Source: Veleropilina oligotropha (taxonomy: Eukaryota). From it: DNA of 64,000 nucleotides. A program made the position numbers and the translations under genes. The stretch's first letter is position 1. The number at the start of each line of letters is the position of its first letter. Below the pieces are notes generated by a model. The model was given only the letters and a program-made list of their open reading frames with translations. It had not been told where the DNA came from and did no database searches. Shown here in pieces: positions 59,533 to 64,000 of the stretch. Location of the stretch: assembly GCA_048128005.1 (NCBI GenBank), contig JBEUKZ010000029.1, forward strand, positions 1 through 64,000. The letters are read 5' to 3'.

Positions 59533-61018
59533 CACTCAACCAAAAAAGTTCTTAAAATCAGAAGTCAAGCCAAATATTTTAATTCCCCCAAACCCAGACT
59601 ATTATCCATGTACATTACTTTAAAGCTCAATGATTACTGATCAGCTTGTGAAACTCTTAGCATGCTCAGTAACACAATAGATAGCTCATTAACGCTATGG
59701 GAATGTTGGACTTGCATAAAATGGCAAGGCATGATTTCCTGCCTGCAGCAGGCAAAGAGTTCAAGAGGCCTGGGGTCAATCTCCAACATTACAGTATTGG
59801 TTCGACAGTTCAATCTGTTGCACAAGTTCCTAAATATGGTGAAGTTATCAAACTTGGAGAGAGCTCGTATCATTGGTATGCTGGAAGCTGGCAGGAGTCG
59901 AAGAGAAGTCGGAGCCCAATTTAATGTTTGCCAGGCAACATTGAGTAATCTGGTACGTCGCTACAATGAGACGCATGATGTGAAAGATAGGCGTCGTTCA
60001 GGAAGACCAAGAGCTACGACTTCACATGAAGACAGACGCATTCGATTGGTATCTCTACGGTCCAGAACAATGCCAGCTACGACAATCCGAACTACAATTC
60101 GGCATGAGAGGAGAGTACACCAAGGTTTGTGTGTTCAGACAGTCCGAAATCGGCTGCACGAGGCTGGACTAAGAGCCAGAAAAACAGCTGTTAAGCCATT
60201 GCTGACTGAACGGCACAAGCAGGAACGATTAGCATGGGCCCGTCAACATGCACACTGGAACAGACAGCAATGGTCCCAAGTCCTATTCAGTGATGAATCT
60301 CGATTTTGTCTCGAAGGCAATGACGGACGAATACGCGTGTGGCGTCGTCGGAATGAACGCTTTGCTAATGCCTGTGTGCAGCCTGCCAGACAAGGAAGAG
60401 GAGGGAGTATCATGATTTGGGCTGTGATCAGCGAAAATGGTAAAACCAATGCGGTTTTCATTGAGGGCAATATGAACGCACGACGATATATCGACGAGGT
60501 TTTGCGACCAGTGGTTTTTCCCTTCGCTCAAAATCATGGTCCTCAATTCATATTGATGGATGACAACGCGCCTCCCCATCGTGCCCACATTGTGCGGGAC
60601 TTCTTGCAGAATGAACAGATTACTCGGATGGATCCATGGCCTTCTTGTAGCCCGGATCTCAACCCCATCGAGCACTGCTGGGACGAGATTGGCCGCGCAG
60701 TCTCAAATCGCCGGGTGCCTGGTGACACACTTGCTGACTTGAGGCGTTATATCGCAGAAGAATGGAACAATCTTCCGCAGGCTCGGATCCGCAGACTCGT
60801 ACGCAGCATGAGATCCAGGTGTCAGGCTTGCATCGCAAGCAATGGTGGCTACACACGCTATTGATGTGTTATCCTGCATAATGCAATAAACCTGCTGTAT
60901 TCACTTTTGTCATTTTTTTACTTTCCACCTGCCCCTTCATTGAGCATGCGTGTTCATTCATGGATGCCATTATGATTTTGCAAATATTTCAGATTTTAAG
61001 AACTTTTTTGGTTAAGTG
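59533..61018 (+). mobile_element. Full-length Tc1-like transposon
   Basis: TIRs CACTCAACCAAAAAAGTTCTTAAAATC / GATTTTAAGAACTTTTTTGGTTAAGTG, TA TSDs. Confidence 0.93.
59836..60864 (+). CDS. Intact Tc1-family transposase (342 aa, DD35E)
   Basis: HTH, GRPR, FSDESRF, MDDNAPPH, WPSCSPDLNPIEH, GGYTRY. Confidence 0.93.
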   Translation: MVKLSNLERARIIGMLEAGRSRREVGAQFNVCQATLSNLVRRYNETHDVKDRRRSGRPRATTSHEDRRIRLVSLRSRTMPATTIRTTIRHERRVHQGLCVQTVRNRLHEAGLRARKTAVKPLLTERHKQERLAWARQHAHWNRQQWSQVLFSDESRFCLEGNDGRIRVWRRRNERFANACVQPARQGRGGSIMIWAVISENGKTNAVFIEGNMNARRYIDEVLRPVVFPFAQNHGPQFILMDDNAPPHRAHIVRDFLQNEQITRMDPWPSCSPDLNPIEHCWDEIGRAVSNRRVPGDTLADLRRYIAEEWNNLPQARIRRLVRSMRSRCQACIASNGGYTRY

Positions 61019-61466
61019 TATATGACCAGGGACTACAAAATTGAGGGCGACATACTGGTCATCAGGACTTTGAAAGGCCTTACGGGGGTCGAATTATACT
61101 ATCAATGGCCCGCATCATGGAGCCCGGTTCCCCCCCAGAAGAAAATTTTGACAATTAACCATGCAAAACACCCTCTCCTGTATTCTGATGATGTAATTTA
61201 TGAGATATTTCTTAACAACATATACGAATCATTCCACCACTCTATAAAAGGTGTAGGCATGTAATAGCCTCATGCTAGTCTTTTGTACAAAGATTATACT
61301 CCCTAGATTGGTGAGCGGTAGATGCAGATATCTCAACTTGACAAGGATATTGTATGTGTGATAAAAACTATGAACTCACACATTGTCAGATATACTTTAA
61401 GTCTTCTGTCTATGGGCATCAGTAAAATATTGGGGGGGGGGTGTGAAATACCCCCATTATTTTATA

Positions 61467-63972
61467 ACTAGAACGTCGAAGCCGTGATATAGCTCGCATG
61501 ACATATTGCACAATTCTATAGTAGCCATACATTAATTAAAACGTCTGGAGTTCTTAGAAGCAATCACAGTAATATATAATATTCTAGGACCTTGGATTAA
61601 CCATGAAGAGAGCAATACATTTTGAATTGTAATAATTATTTGTGTGAGTTCACAAACACAATTCAAACATTAAAGTAGAAGACTGACGCTTTTGGAATAC
61701 AGAGTAATTACAAAAATTCATTATTACGGAGTAGCATTAGTCACTATTATAACAGTCATATTACTATTAATCAATGCATTTTGGCTAGCACTGTGTATTA
61801 AAATTTCTGCTCTTAGAAATATTTTCATATAAATTTCACAAAATAATATAGTTAGAAATTGCTAGCTTTTACAGGACATCATACTTTGAACAATGATTTA
61901 CAGGATAACACCAGCCAAAATTGCTATTCATGACAATCAAAGTATGTTGTATACGAAGCAGTCAAATATAATTGTCAGTGACGTAGATATTTAATTAATT
62001 TGACAAGTTACAGTATACCACATGCACCATGTGTACAATTGTATTACTACTGCATGTATTATATAAAATTATTATGTCTACATTTTACTTTAATCATATT
62101 TCTTAAGTTGAAATCAATTTTATCTTAATTGTATGTTACATCTTTTAATTATGTACATCAAACCTTGTTGTTCAATGAAACTCCATAATAGAAACTTCAA
62201 AACATAGAGCAGAATAAAACACTGATAAACATTTCAACATTTAACTTATCAAATCTCCTAAGTTAAATCTCATAATATAATTTCAAATAAGAATTAATTT
62301 ACCTTCAATAATTCTGCTCTGGTGCCATGGTACATTGAAATAAACATATAATATTCAAAGATGCTAGAAAGTTCCAATGGCGGTTATAGCAAAATTGATA
62401 AACTTGAACCAAAAACTTTAACAAATATTTCTAAGTCCGAAATTAGCATTTTGAAGTAAAATTTGATATAAATCATATTCAATTTTAGTTTTATAATGTG
62501 GTGCAATATTGGAAAATACTTATCTAAAATAAAAAGGTGGAAAAATCATGATTGAAATGAATGAAAAACATTTAGTGCAGGTGGCGGACAGACATCATCA
62601 TTAAATAGGCAAGCATATGTGTTGCATGCGATTCAATAAAACTTCAAAAATGGAAAGCATGCAAGAGATTGTAACCTGGAGAAAAATCTTCAACATTTAC
62701 CTATATAAAATTTAACAAGTTAAAATCTCACATAAATTCTTTTTTGTGATAAAATAGATTTAATTTACCATAATACTGCTCTGGTGTTATGGGATATTGA
62801 AATATACATTAGATATCTAATGTTCAACGATGCTAAAAAGTTTCAATGTATTATGTCAGATAATATAACATAAAAGGAAAACTTTAACAAAATAATTTCT
62901 ATATCCAGATGTAGCACTTTGAAGTAAAATTTGATTTAAATTATATTCCATATTACTGTCATAACGTCGTGCAACATTGCAGTAGACATATGTCAAATAC
63001 AATGATGATAAATGGTCCACGTTTGTCTATACAGTATAGCATTATTGAAAAACTTTAACATTCAAAATATCAAAGTTCAAAAGCAGCATTTTGAAGCAAA
63101 ATTGTATTTAAATTACATTCAATATTACTAGTGTAGTGTTATGTGACATGGAAATAGACATATCTATAATAAAATTATGATAAAGAGAGCACAGGGTTGC
63201 CTATATAGCATCATTGAAAAACTTTAGCATTCACTGCGGATGGACGGAGACGACCGGGCGGACGTACAACATCATTACATAGGCTCGCATCTGCGTTGCA
63301 GGCAAGCAAAAAATTGAAAGCATGCAAGAGATTGTACATGTAACCTTGAGAAAAAAACTTTATTTAACTTTATAAAATTTTCCAAGTTAAAATCTCACAA
63401 CTTCTTTTTTTGTGATAAAATACATTTAATTTACCTTAAATAATACTGTCTGGTGCCATAGGATATTGAAATAAACATATAATGTTCAAAGATGCTAAAC
63501 AGATTCAATATCAGATATTATAGCATCGTTGAAAAACTTTAACCAAAAACTTTTACAAAATATTTCTAAGTCCAGAAGTAGCACTTTGAGGTAAAATTTG
63601 ATTTAAATAATATCCCATGTTACTGTTATAGTGCCGTGCAACATTGGAGTAGCCATATGTCATATAAAACGATGATAAAGAGTGAACATGTTTGCCTATA
63701 GCATTATTGAAAAACTTTAACATTCAAAATTTCTAAGTCCAAAAGCAGCATTTTGAAGCAAAATTTTATTTAAATTACATTCAATATTACTAGTGTAGTG
63801 TTGTGCAACATGGGAATAGACATATCTACAATAATATTATGATAAAGAGAGCACAGGGTTGCCTATATAGCACGATTGAAAAACTTTAACATTCACTACG
63901 GACGGCCGGCCGGACGGCCGGACGTACATCATCATTACATAGGCTCGCATCTGCATTGCATGCGAGCCAAAA
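61467..63972 (+). repeat. AT-rich composite tandem repeat / HINE-like elements
   Basis: Repeated AAAAGCAGCATTTTGAAG units and three copies of a CATTACATAGGCTCGCAT...TTGCATGCGAGCC-like end; related to 56325-57700. Confidence 0.7.
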
Positions 63973-64000
63973 ATCACACAATTGCATAAAATGGGCATGG

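Overview
This is AT-rich, repeat-laden animal (invertebrate-like) genomic DNA. It carries two related, oppositely oriented ~15.5-15.9 kb GC-rich endogenous Polinton-like virus elements (1394-17258 and 26102-41575). Both have AGCAG-G7/8-TGA termini, terminal inverted repeats (TIRs) and exact 5-bp target-site duplications (TSDs: CCCGC, ACGTG). Their ~15 genes are colinear: a Zn-finger ORF, a fused degenerate protein-primed PolB + SF1 helicase + HNH-like protein, an rve integrase, an A32-like ATPase, probable major and minor capsid proteins, several membrane proteins and a secreted Cys-rich protein. No adenain-like protease is recognisable. Element 1 is nearly intact and contains a complete type III hammerhead ribozyme (16936-16986) just inside its right TIR, downstream of an E-box/AP-1/TATA-preceded ORF; element 2 is more decayed. 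Host DNA contains a decayed and an intact Tc1/mariner, a PIF/Harbinger transposase, several MITEs, SINEs and tandem arrays. It also holds a C2H2-ORF element ending in a minimal type I hammerhead (47387-47428) and 3' exons of a TRIM-like coiled-coil/FN3/SPRY gene. All calls come from motif reading by eye; no database searches were run.
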